A DNA stretch of 63,810 bases, the filler included, from Choristocarpus tenellus KU-1152 (taxonomy: Eukaryota > Protista > Phaeophyceae), in NCBI GenBank assembly GCA_964200185.2. It is 11 parts of 11 records of this genome, joined end to end, with 100 filler letters (N's around TTAATTAATTAA, not from the genome) between each part and the next. Parts side by side here need not be neighbours in the genome. Positions count along the whole stretch, not along the records: positions 24,278 to 27,018 come from CAXNAD020025147.1; positions 27,119 to 31,308 come from CAXNAD020015774.1; positions 31,409 to 35,472 come from CAXNAD020016402.1; positions 35,573 to 38,080 come from CAXNAD020027216.1; positions 38,181 to 41,173 come from CAXNAD020023076.1; 6 more parts are not named here. One strand, written 5' to 3'. A model generated the notes under the pieces. That model had not been told where the DNA came from and searched no databases. It worked only from the letters and a program-made list of their open reading frames with translations. Below, piece after piece: positions 25,189-38,576 of the stretch; the first letter of the stretch is position 1, and each line of letters opens with the position of its first letter. The translations under genes and the position numbers were made by a program.

Positions 25189-25662
25189 GTGCAACCTTTT
25201 GATCCTCGTAGTTATAATCTCAACATCTTCGCGGTGGAAAGTTTTGGGCGCCTTGGTAACCAAGCGGAATGTTTCCTGGATGAGCTGCCTGCTCACATGG
25301 TAGGGGGGCGAGGGGCTGGAGGCTATAGCAGGAAAGGAATAGTTAAATCCCTACTACGCCAAATTGTCTCGGTAACTACGCTAGTGGCACTGTGCAGACG
25401 TGTCATGCGTTTTAAGCTGGAATCACCAGGAAGATGGGCACGGAGGGGCTTATTGGATTCTTGGGATGCCTCCCTAGATCCTTCCCCCCGGGCACAGGCA
25501 TAGGTAGATTGGAGACACAGGAAGGTAGTAGTACAATATAGATACATAGATGGTGAAGTAACATATAGATTATAATATTTTTCACATTTATGACATTTTT
25601 CATTTGTTTCCCCCCTGAAACATCTCCAAAATGTTGGAGGGCATAATAATAAATAATAATAC
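25189..25662 (+). mobile_element. 5'-truncated RLE-type LINE: endonuclease C-terminus + 3' UTR + (AAT)n tail
   Basis: IFAVESFGRLGNQAECFLDEL; 3' end shared with the 44680 and 45512 copies. Confidence 0.8.
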
Positions 25663-25889
25663 AAGTATACAACACAGTTTCATGTACGTTTATCTTTAGT
25701 TCGGTACCATACAAAGTAATAACGTGCGTAACGGTATGGTGAGTCAGTCTTTGGTCATAGATCAGATATAATGGATGGTTAAGGCAACAGGTTGGGTGAA
25801 AATTAATAAACCACTGTAAGTTTCATCTGCTTTCATTGAGACTACCCTTGTGATGTGTGCGAGTGATTATTCTATTTGAGTGTTAGCAG

Positions 25890-26872
25890 ATGAGCTCCCT
25901 CTAGAACCCAAGACTGTAAGAGCAGCACATAGGTCTCTCGAATGAGATTTGTGGGATCGACCTAGAGCAGAAGAGGTGTCTGGTTTGCAGTTGAATAATC
26001 TTTGGGTGAAGGCCGTGTATTACCCCCTGGACACAGGGCAATAGATACAAAATGGATTCACAAACGCAAGACATAAATTTTGTGAGGTAGTCAGATAAGA
26101 GGCACGTTTGGTAGCAAAGGGTTTTCCACAGAATGAGGGTTTACAATACCAAGATACCTTTCCTCCAACACCATCGCCTGTGTCTGTGAGAATGGTTTTA
26201 GGACTAGGTGCAGACAAAGATTGGGAATTGAAGCATTGGGATGTTGAGCAGACTTTTATACAACCAGAAATTAGTGAAGAGATTTTTGTTCGTTTGTGTA
26301 ATGGATGTGGTACATGGCCAGGAAAGATTGTGCGTTTGGTGAAAGCTCCTTATGGCGCCAAAAAGGCTACCAGAGAGTTTAATTTTTTTTAAATGTTGGT
26401 GCACATTTTGGAACAATGGGGTTTTGAGCATTGCAGACCAGATCCCTGTGTGTTACGCTATGTAAGAAATGACGTTGTTTGTGCTGTAATAGCCCCACCC
26501 TCACGTTGATGATCTTATGGTGGCAGGAATACCTAATGTTTTGATTTGGGTTCGCTCCGGGATCATGGAGCAGTTTTCAATAGAAGATTTTGGTGATCTT
26601 TAACACTAGATGGGTTGTGAGATTTCACGTGACAGAATTACAAAGACAGTTAGCATTAGTCAGACCAAGTACATTAGGAGTATTTGTCAAAGATTTGGTA
26701 TGAATGGGACAAAGAAGAGGATGGTACCCCATGATCTCTCAAGGACTTCAGACAAGAATGAAGATCATCTAAGGATTGATGGAAATATTCCGTACAGAGA
26801 GGCATTTGGTAGTTTGATGTGGGCAGCTGTCATGACCAGGCTAGACACTGCAAATGCAGTTCGTGAGGTTAC
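25890..26872 (+). mobile_element. Ty1/Copia reverse transcriptase remnant
   Basis: ARLVAKGFPQ, HWDVEQTF, YGAKKA, HVDDL, PYREAFGSLMWAAVMTRLD; stops and frameshifts; interrupted by MITE B at 26875. Confidence 0.92.
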
Positions 26873-26874
26873 CA

Positions 26875-27018
26875 GAGCCAAAGTATCTAAGAGGATAGAG
26901 CCGCGTCCATTTGGGGGTCAAAATTCAATGTTGCAATTTCGATGTAATTTTGGCTGTCGTGTTTGTAAGGAAGTGTCAATATCCTTTTCCGGACACACCT
27001 TTTCATAACGTTTACATT
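26875..27018. mobile_element. MITE family B, partial
   Basis: Starts GAGCCAAAGTATCTAAGAGG; matches the 22696 copy. Confidence 0.8.
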
Positions 27019-27118
27019 NNNNNNNNNNNNNNNNNNNNNNNNNNNNNNNNNNNNNNNNNNNNTTAATTAATTAANNNNNNNNNNNNNNNNNNNNNNNNNN
27101 NNNNNNNNNNNNNNNNNN
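27019..27118. other. Artificial contig linker
   Basis: N-TTAATTAATTAA-N. Confidence 0.98.
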
Positions 27119-28064
27119 GAGGGTGTGTGAGTGCTACACAAAATCGAAGCATTTGTAAGCTATTGTGTATTGGACTTCGTAGTGTATCTGTTCTATCTGA
27201 ATCTAAATCTAATGTTGTTGGTGTTCTCTCCAAAATACTGGAGACTTTTGACAGGCTGTTATTCAAACACAACAGCAAAGAAATGTCTCATTCAACAAGG
27301 AACTCATTCTGTAGTACTGGGTAGAAACATGAAAATAAGAACATCCCACAAGAGACCTCAATTAATTAACCTTGATTATTTTCTCTCTCATTGATTGCTG
27401 GTATTGGTTTACCACATCGCGTATAGCACTCATAGGCCCTCTAAAAGTGGATATTTTCATGTGCTCATTGTGTTTTGTGTGCCAAGAATTCTCTGGGTAC
27501 ACCTGTACACATTGAGAGTCTCTCATCTTAAGATCCTAATATTCCATCGTACCCTTTGAAAACCAAGAAAAAATAAAAGCCATGTTTGTGATTAAAGAAC
27601 AGTAACCCAATAGAACTATGCGAAAGGTGTCCTCACATTAGTTTTTTTTTGTGCGCACTGTTGTGCTTTTGACACCTTCAAAATTGATCATCCCACCACC
27701 TTTCCCAGTGTTTGTACATTCATGACTTATTGATGATTCCACTCTTACGGTGCACAAACCTCCCTGCATGTCATGGGATGCTTGAAATATTCTAGAGCTA
27801 TCGTGTGGAGTGTTCTATTGTATGCTCTTGGAAATTTCGAAACCGGAACTTCTGGATACTCTTGATAGTTGCTCTGTTATGTTGTGTTGTAGTTGAGGCC
27901 CTCTTCCTCTTCCCCAGCACCTCTCTCTGTGTACGGCCTCTGTCTTTTCCGTATGAAGTCCTCTATTTCAAATACATCTACCTTGCACTAGTGTCACCTG
28001 CTCATCCATTTGTTTGATTTATGAATGACTTCTGTATTGCTATATCTTGACACGTATATCACAG

Positions 28065-29060
28065 ATAGAAGATTTTGGACTCTCCCGAGTGGTGACAGTG
28101 TTGACTTCAGGTGGCAGTGACCTGCACACGGTATGGGGAGGAACCACGGCTTGGACTGCTCCCGAAGTGTTTGAAAAGAAGAAGAGTAGCAGAGCTAGCG
28201 ATGTTTACAGGTAGAAGTACTGCTACAGCAGCCATTATTATTTTTCTTCTGTAGTACACGGAAAATTTGCAGGTGAAATTGAAAATGGTCTGAAGTTGAA
28301 CTAACTTGATTATGTTCTGACCTGAACTAACCTGAAGGCAACGTGGATAGTGAGTGTCTATGCCATAGGGGCGAACGTTTGGCTTCTCCTGCAAAGATGT
28401 AATATATAAACAGAAGTATAGTAGTAGTTGAGGTTGACTATTGTTCCATGTTTTGCTCAGGAATCGCTATAGAAGAGTTATCGATGTCTATGAGATTGAC
28501 TGCGTAGTGGAAATATACAGTTATCACAGTTTTGGTTAGAGTTTCAAATACATATAATATTTGAGGTGTGTATGTACAAGGACAACAAAAGCACCACCTA
28601 AAGGAGGTGTGTTGCCTCTAACGTCCCAGCACATTCATGGAGTAAGGAACAAATTTGGGAAAATGACTGAAATGCCGATTTTCCAATTAGATATGGTGTG
28701 GATAATTTCATAATTTGTCGAACTGAGGCCATTGCACTGTTACAGTTTGTAACACTCTTTTTCCACAATTGTGTGATGGATTCTAGATCTGTGGTCAAGA
28801 GATAATATATTTTTGCCTTGTTTTGTACTGGTGAATCCAGCTTTACTATTGTGTATTGGGAGGTGCTCACACTTGAAGTTCCTTGGAAGGGTACATACGA
28901 TGGCGCAATCATACACAGTGTGTGCATTAAGAAGGAGAGCCCACAGCAGCCTCCGGACACACCTGCCAAAATCAAAAGGATCATCACCAAGTGCTGGGAT
29001 ACAGATCAAAGGAAGTGGCCAATTTTTGAGAAGGTGGAGGAGCTGGTAAGGATCTCATAA
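28065..29060 (+). CDS. TKL-type protein kinase, last two exons (28065-28210, 28841-29060), possibly pseudogenised
   Basis: DFGLSRV...GTTAWTAPE...SDVYS|FTIVYWEVLTLEVPW...KCWDTDQRKWP; conserved Gly and Arg are altered. Confidence 0.8.
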
Positions 29061-31308
29061 TATATGAAGTATAATATGTTGCACATCTTTGCTGCCCAAG
29101 CAGATTGCATCAACTCTCCCTGAATTCGTAGCCTGGGGGATGATCAACCTTCAGTCAAATCGGTGGGAGTTAAGTTTTGTTGTCACTGGTGACTTGTCAA
29201 TAACGGTACAGGTATCCCTATCAGAGTATGCCAAGTACTTTAGTTTTATGCTGGTGGTGCCAAATTCATACGTAAGAGATGGAACCTGACTGTCTTTAGG
29301 GATTCCTTTGCATCTAGGTGACCCTCCTAATCATATTGTCAGTTTAGCAGTTGCTCGGTTTTGTGTTTGTCCTCAGATACCCTACAAAACGTTGGTAACC
29401 CTCATTTTCAAGTATAAGTTAAGTATTGCCCTGTTGTATAGGAAGGTCTTTGTTCTGTGCAACTCGAACACAGCTGTAATTTTTTTTGTTACCTTGTCTG
29501 TTTTGGTTTCTTCCCTCCTGCCATCCCTATCATCACATATGCAAATAATGTTGGACAGAAAATATGTATCATTTTGAAACTAAAGACTATAGTAACACAC
29601 TAAAAGATACATTTACCTCAAGCATTGCATAAAAAATTGAATGTTAACTGCAAGCAAGTTACAGTGGCTGATCTACCTACATGTCTTTGTAACCATTTTT
29701 GTTGCTAAAGTGTTGTATACTAAGGATTATGCGCATAGACAAGAGTGTCTACTCTTGTTTAGCTTCCAAGATATTGTTTCAGTGGCTACATAATTTCTTG
29801 CTTGCGTTTGTCATTTTTACCAAGTAGAGTGAATTCCTAATGTTACGTTTCTCATTGTGTTCTGCTAATATTTGTCTTACTCTCTTCTTTACTGTCCCTT
29901 TGCACTTGTTACATTCCTGCTACCTTTGTTGATCTAAATCATTGCCAGCTTGCAATGCCAGATGCAGGGTGGGGATGGCTAAATTGGTTGTTTGGATGAT
30001 GCGTGTGATTGAGTTTGGAACAAACACCTGCCACTTGGAAGCACAGTGCAACTTTTGCTTTAATGTTTTTGGCATAATGAGCTGCACAGGCGTTACACTA
30101 GATTCTGCACTGTTGGGGCGATCATGATCTCTTCGGTAAACCTTTGAAAGTACCAAATACCAAATTCACAATGTTGGTCAAGGCAGAGACAAGTACATTA
30201 GACCGTGAGACATGTTCATGGTGTTTTCAGTGGAGGTGTAATTGAAGGGAGATGAGATGTAGCAATTATGGAGGGGTGTAGGAGATTAATTCAGTAAGGA
30301 GTTCAAGGCAGGTTCAAGAGGCGACTCTTGCTCTGGCCATACACGATAATCGGCACAGCTGGTAGATGTCTGACATTTGAGAGTGAGGGATGTTTTTTTG
30401 AGGATGTGGAAGACAGGTTGAGATCAGTAGAAGTATCCACTGAGTTCATCTGCAAGAAACTGGGAAGGTTTCTATTCATATGTGGTAGAGCATGTGCTTG
30501 GATGGGAGGAGTGAGTGTTGTAGTTATCGTCTGGTTGAGTTAGGATCACATTAGTGAGTGGTTTTGTCTTGTGTATCTGGAGGGTAGAGAGGTCTGTTTG
30601 AATTCTTCATTGCAGTGATATTTCCCTTTTTTGAATGTTGAATTGCCATCAAAGTGTCGTACAGTTAGTTGTTTAGTGCTGTAAGGATTACCTACCTTTA
30701 TAAAAAGCACTTTAGGATCAATACATGATTTACACGAGACAGGTTCAGCCAAATGAAATGAAAATCACCGTAAGTTCACACAAGCCCCCCAAAGGATGCC
30801 TGATAACCCCTCTAGGATACTATGTGCCTTTTCATAGACACTCGAATACCCTACAAGGGCATCCTGCATCCATCCACTGGACGGGAATTGGCTTGGTGTA
30901 CATCACGTGTCACTGTGTTGTCTTCACTCAAATAGAGATATCACCACGAAAAATGTAAATTCTGTACTAAAAGCAGCCTGTAAGGCTAACTTGAAGGTGT
31001 TGCTTTCCTCCAGTTCTGGCTGAGATAACCCAGTACAACCCAAAAAAGCATTCCTAGAGAGAAGAGCATCAACTTGGTTTGATGTGCACCACCACTTACT
31101 GTACCAAGTTTGTAATCACAAACAAACAAAAAAAACACCACCAAAATAGCACATCAGGTTGGACAGGAAAAGTGGATGGAAATCCCATGCCTGAGCCATC
31201 CCAAGCCATGCCCTTTCAACAGACACTCAAACAAAACCATGAGACACTTCACACCTACCAGACTGCATAGTGATATGCCACACACCGCCTCCTTACACCG
31301 TACAACAC

Positions 31309-31408
31309 NNNNNNNNNNNNNNNNNNNNNNNNNNNNNNNNNNNNNNNNNNNNTTAATTAATTAANNNNNNNNNNNNNNNNNNNNNNNNNNNNNNNNNNNN
31401 NNNNNNNN
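31309..31408. other. Artificial contig linker
   Basis: N-TTAATTAATTAA-N. Confidence 0.98.
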
Positions 31409-32096
31409 AGTAAAAAAAAAAACTGACGAACGTTTCTTGCGCCGTTAACCCCCTTTGTGGCACAACCCCGCGCCAGGTGTTCGGCGACCATTCCAGCGTG
31501 GAGGACATCATGGCCGCCTGCTCGAAGTGCTCGACAGCAGAGGTCCCGGAACCTGCTGCCCCTGCCGCTGAGAATCCTACCCTGTAATGTCTTGTGCAGA
31601 TGCCGCAGCACCGGCTGGGACCGATGCTCCGAAGTCCTTGATGCTGGAAAAGTAAAGTTGGGCTCCGGAGATACACACCTCGTGACTTGGACAGTTGCAA
31701 AGTAAGAGGATGATTTGTATCATCTAGTGTGGTCCATGGGACCCCCCCCATTTTGCGGCTATGTTTGGAGCGGTCAAGTTGCGTGTTGGTTGCTTGATGC
31801 GAAGAAGTAAGGTTTTGGTAGGGAGAGGGAGGCGTACATTTTTTGGGTGGGGTATCACACGATTCAGTGTCTTCGTTCCGGTGTTTTTGACCTGGGGATA
31901 GATAGAGGGTTGCACGCCAAGAGAAAGAGCCGGTGTAGGCTTCATGTTTCTTCTCTTTGGGTTATAGGGGAGAGCGGTTCATCAGACCTTACCTGCCGTG
32001 CCTGGTGTTTCATGCAAGGAAGCTCTTCCGTGTGCGTTCTTTTGTGGTATGCAGTCTGCTCTACGACGTCAGTTTAATGTGAACACTTTCATTCTT

Positions 32097-32131
32097 GTGT
32101 GTGTGTGTGTATCTGTGTGTGTGTGTGTATC

Positions 32132-32162
<31 letters not shown>

Positions 32163-32199
32163 GTGTGTGTCTCTCTCTGTGTGTGTGTGTGTGTGTGTG
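32097..32199. repeat. Compound (GT)n microsatellite
   Basis: Direct inspection. Confidence 0.95.
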
Positions 32200-34137
32200 A
32201 TGAAGAGAGTGTTATCGTAAGCAATCTGAAACTCCCTTCCTGCTTTTTTTGTGTTGTAGTGTTGTGTGGGTGAAAGGTAGATTCTGGTGAAGGCCTGCCA
32301 GAGGAGACCGTCTCGCATGTTGCCAATGATACAATATACACCTTTTTGAGTATTTAGTGTAAATATAGTATGCCCCATAGGCCGGTTTGAAATGGGGGTA
32401 GAGGCGTTACACCTTTGATGTTCCCCTTCACCTTTTTTTTTTCAAAACACTCCATTCTTGTTCCCATGTTTGTTGTGCTTGTCACCATTTCTTGTTCCAT
32501 TAGTCTCAAAATACATGTTTTAGGAGATGATTCGGCAGTATTCATCCACAGAAACTTGTGCAATTTTGATGAAGTAAGGCGCTCCACCAAAAGCCTCAAC
32601 CTTGCTTGCTGCAGATCTGTCTCACCTCAATCAGGAGCGGTAGGTTGGTCTAAGAGCATGACTCACTCTGGGCAAGTACGGTGTTGACTTCCCCAGCATG
32701 ATATGTACTTCAATGTGTGCTGTACTATTGATAGAAGTGTTTATCATGACCTATTGACCCAGATCTTTGATCTCCCTGTGTAGCACTACACAACTATAGT
32801 AATCAACACCAGCATTTAGTGACTAGGTGTAGCAATCTGTCTCAGACGCTAATTTACTAGGCAGTCTAAAGTACTAACGGTATTGATTTAGCGAGTTGGA
32901 CAGATTGCCGCGTCAATTAGTAAGTATCAAGAAACTTGTTTTTTTAGGATAACTGTGACAGTGTTTACACTTGCTATTTGAAGGCTGCCTGAGTAATGGA
33001 GGAATGAAGTCGTGTTGTGGGCATCGGTGAGGCTAAACCAATTGAGAGTTAGGGCCGGTCACATGGTAAAAGGACACTATTTTGTACGATTGCAGAAAGG
33101 ATGTTGCATAGTTGTTTGGTGTCACAGTGCGTGTAAAAAGGGGGAATATCAATTTTGGGTACACTAATGTGCACATAAAGCAATGGAGTAAGCGTGTATT
33201 GCACAGGGAAAGAAAGATGGCTTAGAATACACAAAGGACCGAACTTGTCCACTTCTCTATTGGTTTGACTCAGGTGTCATTATGTTGTACCAAGTTGCGT
33301 TTATCCCAAATGCTAACTCTAACCCATTGCATTGACTATACAGTGTGGAAAGTCTACTATTATCCATCTTGACTTGGTCTAGGGTTGTGCTTGACGGACG
33401 GATTGCAGACATTGAAATGTCTAAAAAGAGGTGGGGCAACTCTTCGCAAAGATCCTGTTGGTTACCACCACTCGCTCTGTTTCGTCTTGTGGAAGGATAT
33501 CGTTTTAGCGAGTGTACATCTTGTCGCGGTTGGTGTAGTTAGTGCATTTTTGAGCGAGTGTTCACCTTGTCACTACATCAATAAATAGTCCTCTGACATT
33601 CTGCAAAAGTGTCAGGTGGGGGGAAGCCAAGACAGACTATATTACAAAGGACTACCGTAGATACAACAGGTTGTCATCAATCCTAATAAGATGCCTCCCT
33701 AAAATATGTACTATTTAAAAACTAACAACACAATGATGTCCCGTTGAAGGTCGCTCACTACTAGTAATATATCTACACTACTAACCGTGTTTCTAACCTA
33801 GCTTAAGCATGCGAAGGTATGCGAGGAGGCAGGGAAGGATGCCAAGAATCTGTGGGTCCCCTTCTGGTATGTCTAGATTGAAACGTATAGGGCATCTCAA
33901 GCGAGGTATTTGAACAGTGACAAACAACAATATCTGACAAGAATGTTCTGAACGGCGAGATTACGCCTCATCATGGTATGTATATGAACCTGGTCGTTAG
34001 TTTTAATTTTCAATAAAATATATTTTTTCAGTTTTGTTCATGTTTTTCCTATTGAAAGATGAGGATGGGAGGGTTGGTCTCAACATGTTAACCACACCAC
34101 CTACCCTTAGTTTACGGTATTGTTGAGCTTTGAGAAG

Positions 34138-35209
34138 ATGCATTGTCTACTGCCTTCTGTGCGGATATTGTGCATGATGATGGCGATGATCGGACTAAGC
34201 GCAGCCTCGTCAATTTTTGGTCGATCAATGCCACCAAGCTGGAGACCTCTCCATGATCCTCCACAAGCACGCTCAGCAGAGATGGTACAGTGTGTAAATC
34301 TGCATCAGTCGTCCGTAACGACACCATATGCATATGCTACGAATCTGCGTCTCGACTTGTACTTTTGAAAACCCACACTAATTGGAAACCAAGCTCTCGA
34401 CCCCTTGATCCAGCTTATCCAGCAACCTCTGTTGACCTAAATTTTATTCTGACATTTGGATACAGGCAAGGCCTGGAGTGACATGGTTCCGTGGATTCTC
34501 TCGCTCCTTGGAAGTCCGGGGTGGTGCTGGGGGCAAGGTAGGTACTGGAAATGACCTCTGCCACAAATTCCATGTGGTTGAACAAGTCGAAGCATTGTTC
34601 CAACTGACTGGGATCTGAAATCTTGAGCACCATACGCAACTTGGCGTTAAATGACCTTTGGCATCTCTGCTGTGTGAAGGTGATTAAAATGTGATACTGT
34701 CGAACTCTTCGCTAAGTCTCTCTCAGACTGCTGTAGTGTGGAGATTTCCATATGTTCGTGTGGCTATTGGAGCCAGAGGGCCAATGCATCTGCACTTTGT
34801 ATACTTCCCTCTGAAACTGCTCAAGTGACCCATCCCTCACGTTTGACAGGTGCTGCAAGTTGCAACACTCGCTGAGTTGGAGGAAATTATGGCTGATGCA
34901 GGGGACAAGTTGGTGAGTGTGGGATACCCGGTCTGGTCCCGTCCAAGACCTCCCAACAACCAATGTCGCAAAATTTTCATCAACCAATGTCCTCCGAGTC
35001 TTTGAGGTGACCTAGTAACATACACCCTACATATGGTATGCCGTGATGGTGTATCTCTGAACGATATATTCTATTCCTCTCCTCAGGTGGTCCTTGACTT
35101 CACGGCAACATGGTGCGGACCGTGCCAGACTATTGCCCCTGCATTTGAGCAGCTCTCTGAGGAGTTATTAGATGTGATTTTCCTCAAGATCGATGTTGAT
35201 GAGAACGAG
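34138..35209 (+). CDS. trx: Thioredoxin with N-terminal signal peptide/presequence, 3' partial (exons ~34138-34284, 34466-34537, 34850-34912, 35087-35209)
   Basis: [20 protein letters not shown]...FLKIDVDEN; phase-0 GT-AG joins; hydrophobic N-terminus; first exon boundary less certain. Confidence 0.88.
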
Positions 35210-35472
35210 GTGGGTTTAAATTGAACTTTGGGTTCTTCCTGAGTCCCAGTCCCAATTGGGTGACCTATGTGGTATTCAGAATTATCTTGGCAAGTACAGG
35301 ACTATGGAAATTGGATGTTTGCGCCGGTTGATAATATGCAGAGTGTCCTCATCTCCTTGTATGTACCATAGCAAGCTGTGTAATTTGTCAACTATGGTTC
35401 CTGCTTGCATCATGGCTCAAAGTATCTGGGGGGGGGGGTCTACACCAGGGTGTTCATTCAGGCCCTGACCAG

Positions 35473-35572
35473 NNNNNNNNNNNNNNNNNNNNNNNNNNNN
35501 NNNNNNNNNNNNNNNNTTAATTAATTAANNNNNNNNNNNNNNNNNNNNNNNNNNNNNNNNNNNNNNNNNNNN
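35473..35572. other. Artificial contig linker
   Basis: N-TTAATTAATTAA-N. Confidence 0.98.
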
Positions 35573-35597
35573 CCCACCCCCCCAGATACTTTGGGTC

Positions 35598-36150
35598 TTA
35601 ACTGCACGCTAATGAGTTACTTTGGGATTACTACTGTACCTGGCAAACTCACGAACTGCATTTGCAATGTCTAGCCTGGTCATGACAGCTGCCCACATCA
35701 AACTACTCACTGTATCTCTTTAGGGGATATTTTCACCAATACTTGGATAATCCTCATTCTTATCTGAAGTCCTTGAGAGATCATGGAGGTACCACCATCT
35801 TCTTTGCCCCATCCATACCAAATCTTTCTTCAATCCAGAAGATTCCACCAACATCACCCTCCACCTCCTGAACTTCGGTAATCCTTTGCGGCACATGTGG
35901 AGGGAGGATGTATCCTGAAGTACCATCCACGTCGTCATCGACACACTAAAATCAGAAGTCGGAAAACGTACCCTGCTATCTTTTGTGGTGCCAATGAACG
36001 CCTGCTCGCTGGTGTATTCGATTGGTTGGAAGGTCTAGGACGCGAAACATGCCACGGGGTTGATTCGTTGACACCCCGAGCATGATGCACTGTTGTCTAC
36101 GGCTCTCAAAATTGTGTCTTGGTTTGGATTTGTAGCATACAGGGGTGCCA
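35598..36150 (-). mobile_element. Ty1/Copia remnant, internally deleted (same family as 25890)
   Basis: Post-integrase SH3-like CIMLGVSTNQPRGMFRVLDLPTNRIH, joined to RT end SLMWAAVMTRLDIANAVREFAR; HDLSRTSDKNED is shared with the 26730 region. Confidence 0.8.
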
Positions 36151-37109
36151 GTAATCATAATAAAATAATTGCAGAGTACATAAATTAAAAACATCGATAC
36201 TAATCAGGCTAATAAACGAAGGTGTGGTAGGACACATGTATGTGAATGATAGGAAAAACAATTAAAAGTCGAATAAAATAAGCGAAAAGGTTCACTCTCC
36301 CATCAACAAAATGCGACTTCTCTAGCACCAGATCCTCCATGAAAGAATGTACTGGATCGATTAAGGATAGGGTGACACACGAGTACGAATACAGATTGTA
36401 ATCTGTCCGATGTTGAAACCTGAGTTCGTATGTGTCGTGCTTGGTTCTGCTGTGGCAGGCTTGTGGAGAAGGGTATAATAGTGCAGCAAAGCACTGATGA
36501 GTTTGTTCTGGTAGATCTGACGACATGTTTTGCTCAATCAGATTATGGTTGATGTGAAAGTGTGGTCATCATTGAGATGCTCAAATGAAGAAATGCATGC
36601 TCTGTGGAGAGGCTTATTACCTTGGCTAAGCAGGGTTTCTGAGGATGTTATTACTCGGATAATATTACATCCTGGTGTGTATCAGGTACAAGTAATGTGG
36701 AGTGATGTTGATGTCTTATGAGTGGGCAATGCCAGTCAAGAAAAATAGTAAACACATGATACATAAATAAACTTACGACTTCTTGCGTGAATAAAAATAA
36801 GAAAAGGAAAAACAACGAAGAAACAAGGAGATAAACTTGAATCAATATCTGAGGGAAGTGATGTGATACATAATTTGCCTGTATGTGTGATAGGTAGCGA
36901 CTGTTCTGATGGTTCCTATGTTCTGAGATGTTTCAAAGGTAATTGATGATATTGTGATGATGAGCTAATGAAGTAAGTGGAGATAACGACCAATGCAATG
37001 AAAAATCAACATTCAATATGAAATGAAGATACTGTATCGTATCAAGACAAATCAAATAATATGTAACCTATGTCTTAACATCCGACGTCGTGTCTCTCTT
37101 CTACATTAC

Positions 37110-37610
37110 GGCAATGGGGGACTGGTCGAGAACCAGGCCATCGTAGGAGCGTCTTGTTCTGTACTGTACTATTCTACAACAAGCTGGGTATTTTGCACCT
37201 CGTCATTCTCCAATTTGCCTCATAGGGGTAGCTGACTTGCTCCTCTCCCACTCTCACTGCTTGTTGGGGCTGGTATCTGGTCAAGGTCCCTCGTATCCAC
37301 TGATTGTCCCATCGAAAGTACAGTCCCCTACCTTTGGCACTTGAATAAAGTATCCCTCCCTCGTCCAAATCCGACACAACCCTCAGTGATTGTTCTAGGA
37401 GGATGTATCCCTCCGTATCCTTCTCCTCCTCTCTACACTTCACCTGACGAACGATCTGCATGAGGCATTGGATGATATGCTCGTCTGCAGCTGTATCACG
37501 GTCTCTCTTGTCCTTCTCCCGTACTTATTCGAACCCGTCCTGGATCTCATCCTCTGTCATGAACGACCTCAGTCCAGGAGGCAAGGAATTCTCGCCATCC
37601 TCTTGTAGGT
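37110..37610 (-). pseudogene. Decayed coding fragment, probably TE-derived
   Basis: Protein-like frame with stop and frameshift: GRGLYFRWDNQWIRGTL...YE / LENDEVQNTQL..YSTEQDAPTMAWF. Confidence 0.4.
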
Positions 37611-38080
37611 AACAATCAGTGTAAATATTATTCAAATAGACTCCTCCAACTGTAACGGGTATCATAATAGTTCTAGTATACATGAACCGACAGAATACAA
37701 GAATTATTTGTTCGTTAATCCATATTTGTTCGTGTATACGAACAGATAGATTGAGATTCATTCCAGTAAGCGTGTGTTAAAACATAGGCTACTCATTTGT
37801 TCCTTGTTGATATGATACACATCTACCAGCTTGTACTGACTGTTGATTGGTGCACTGCACTGGTTGTTAGTGTTCATTATTTATTGCGCATTCGAACTCA
37901 TCATCACATCGATGACAGTAGATAGAAGTATAGCATCAGTTGATATTCAGTTGATCCACATCACACACAGGAACGTCATAGCACACGTCATCCAAGTTAC
38001 TTCGGAACTTGCATCAAGTGCGTTCCACTGTTACCTTGTGTTCCCCTTTCTATTTTGTTGTTGTTGTCATCTCTGTTCTT

Positions 38081-38180
38081 NNNNNNNNNNNNNNNNNNNN
38101 NNNNNNNNNNNNNNNNNNNNNNNNTTAATTAATTAANNNNNNNNNNNNNNNNNNNNNNNNNNNNNNNNNNNNNNNNNNNN
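38081..38180. other. Artificial contig linker
   Basis: N-TTAATTAATTAA-N. Confidence 0.98.
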
Positions 38181-38576
38181 CCAAATGGACACCTTGGTGT
38201 AGACCCCCCCCCCTCCCAGATACTTTGGACCCACCACAATATTTTTTCTCATCATGTGCCACTACCATATAGACATATTGCTATAAAGGCGCTAAAAATC
38301 CTGGCGTAATGCATGTATAAATGCATGATCTGGTCAACCCAGGAAGACCTGGCTTTTCTTTTAAGTCCATCTTGTTATTCTTAAGAAGGTTATTGGCAAC
38401 CGTTAGTAACATAACCCATTCAATCCACTGACGAAATAATGCAGGCTATAATCATGTATGCATGATCAACACGATAATACAAGCTCGGACCCAATCCCCA
38501 AATTGGTAAGAGTGTTTAGACACAGAGTAGAGTTTTCTGACCCTCCAATTATTTTCGACTTTCCCTCATACACCAG

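Noticed and set aside
31998-32378. CV/HT-repeat ORFs
   Set aside because: Translations of a GT microsatellite
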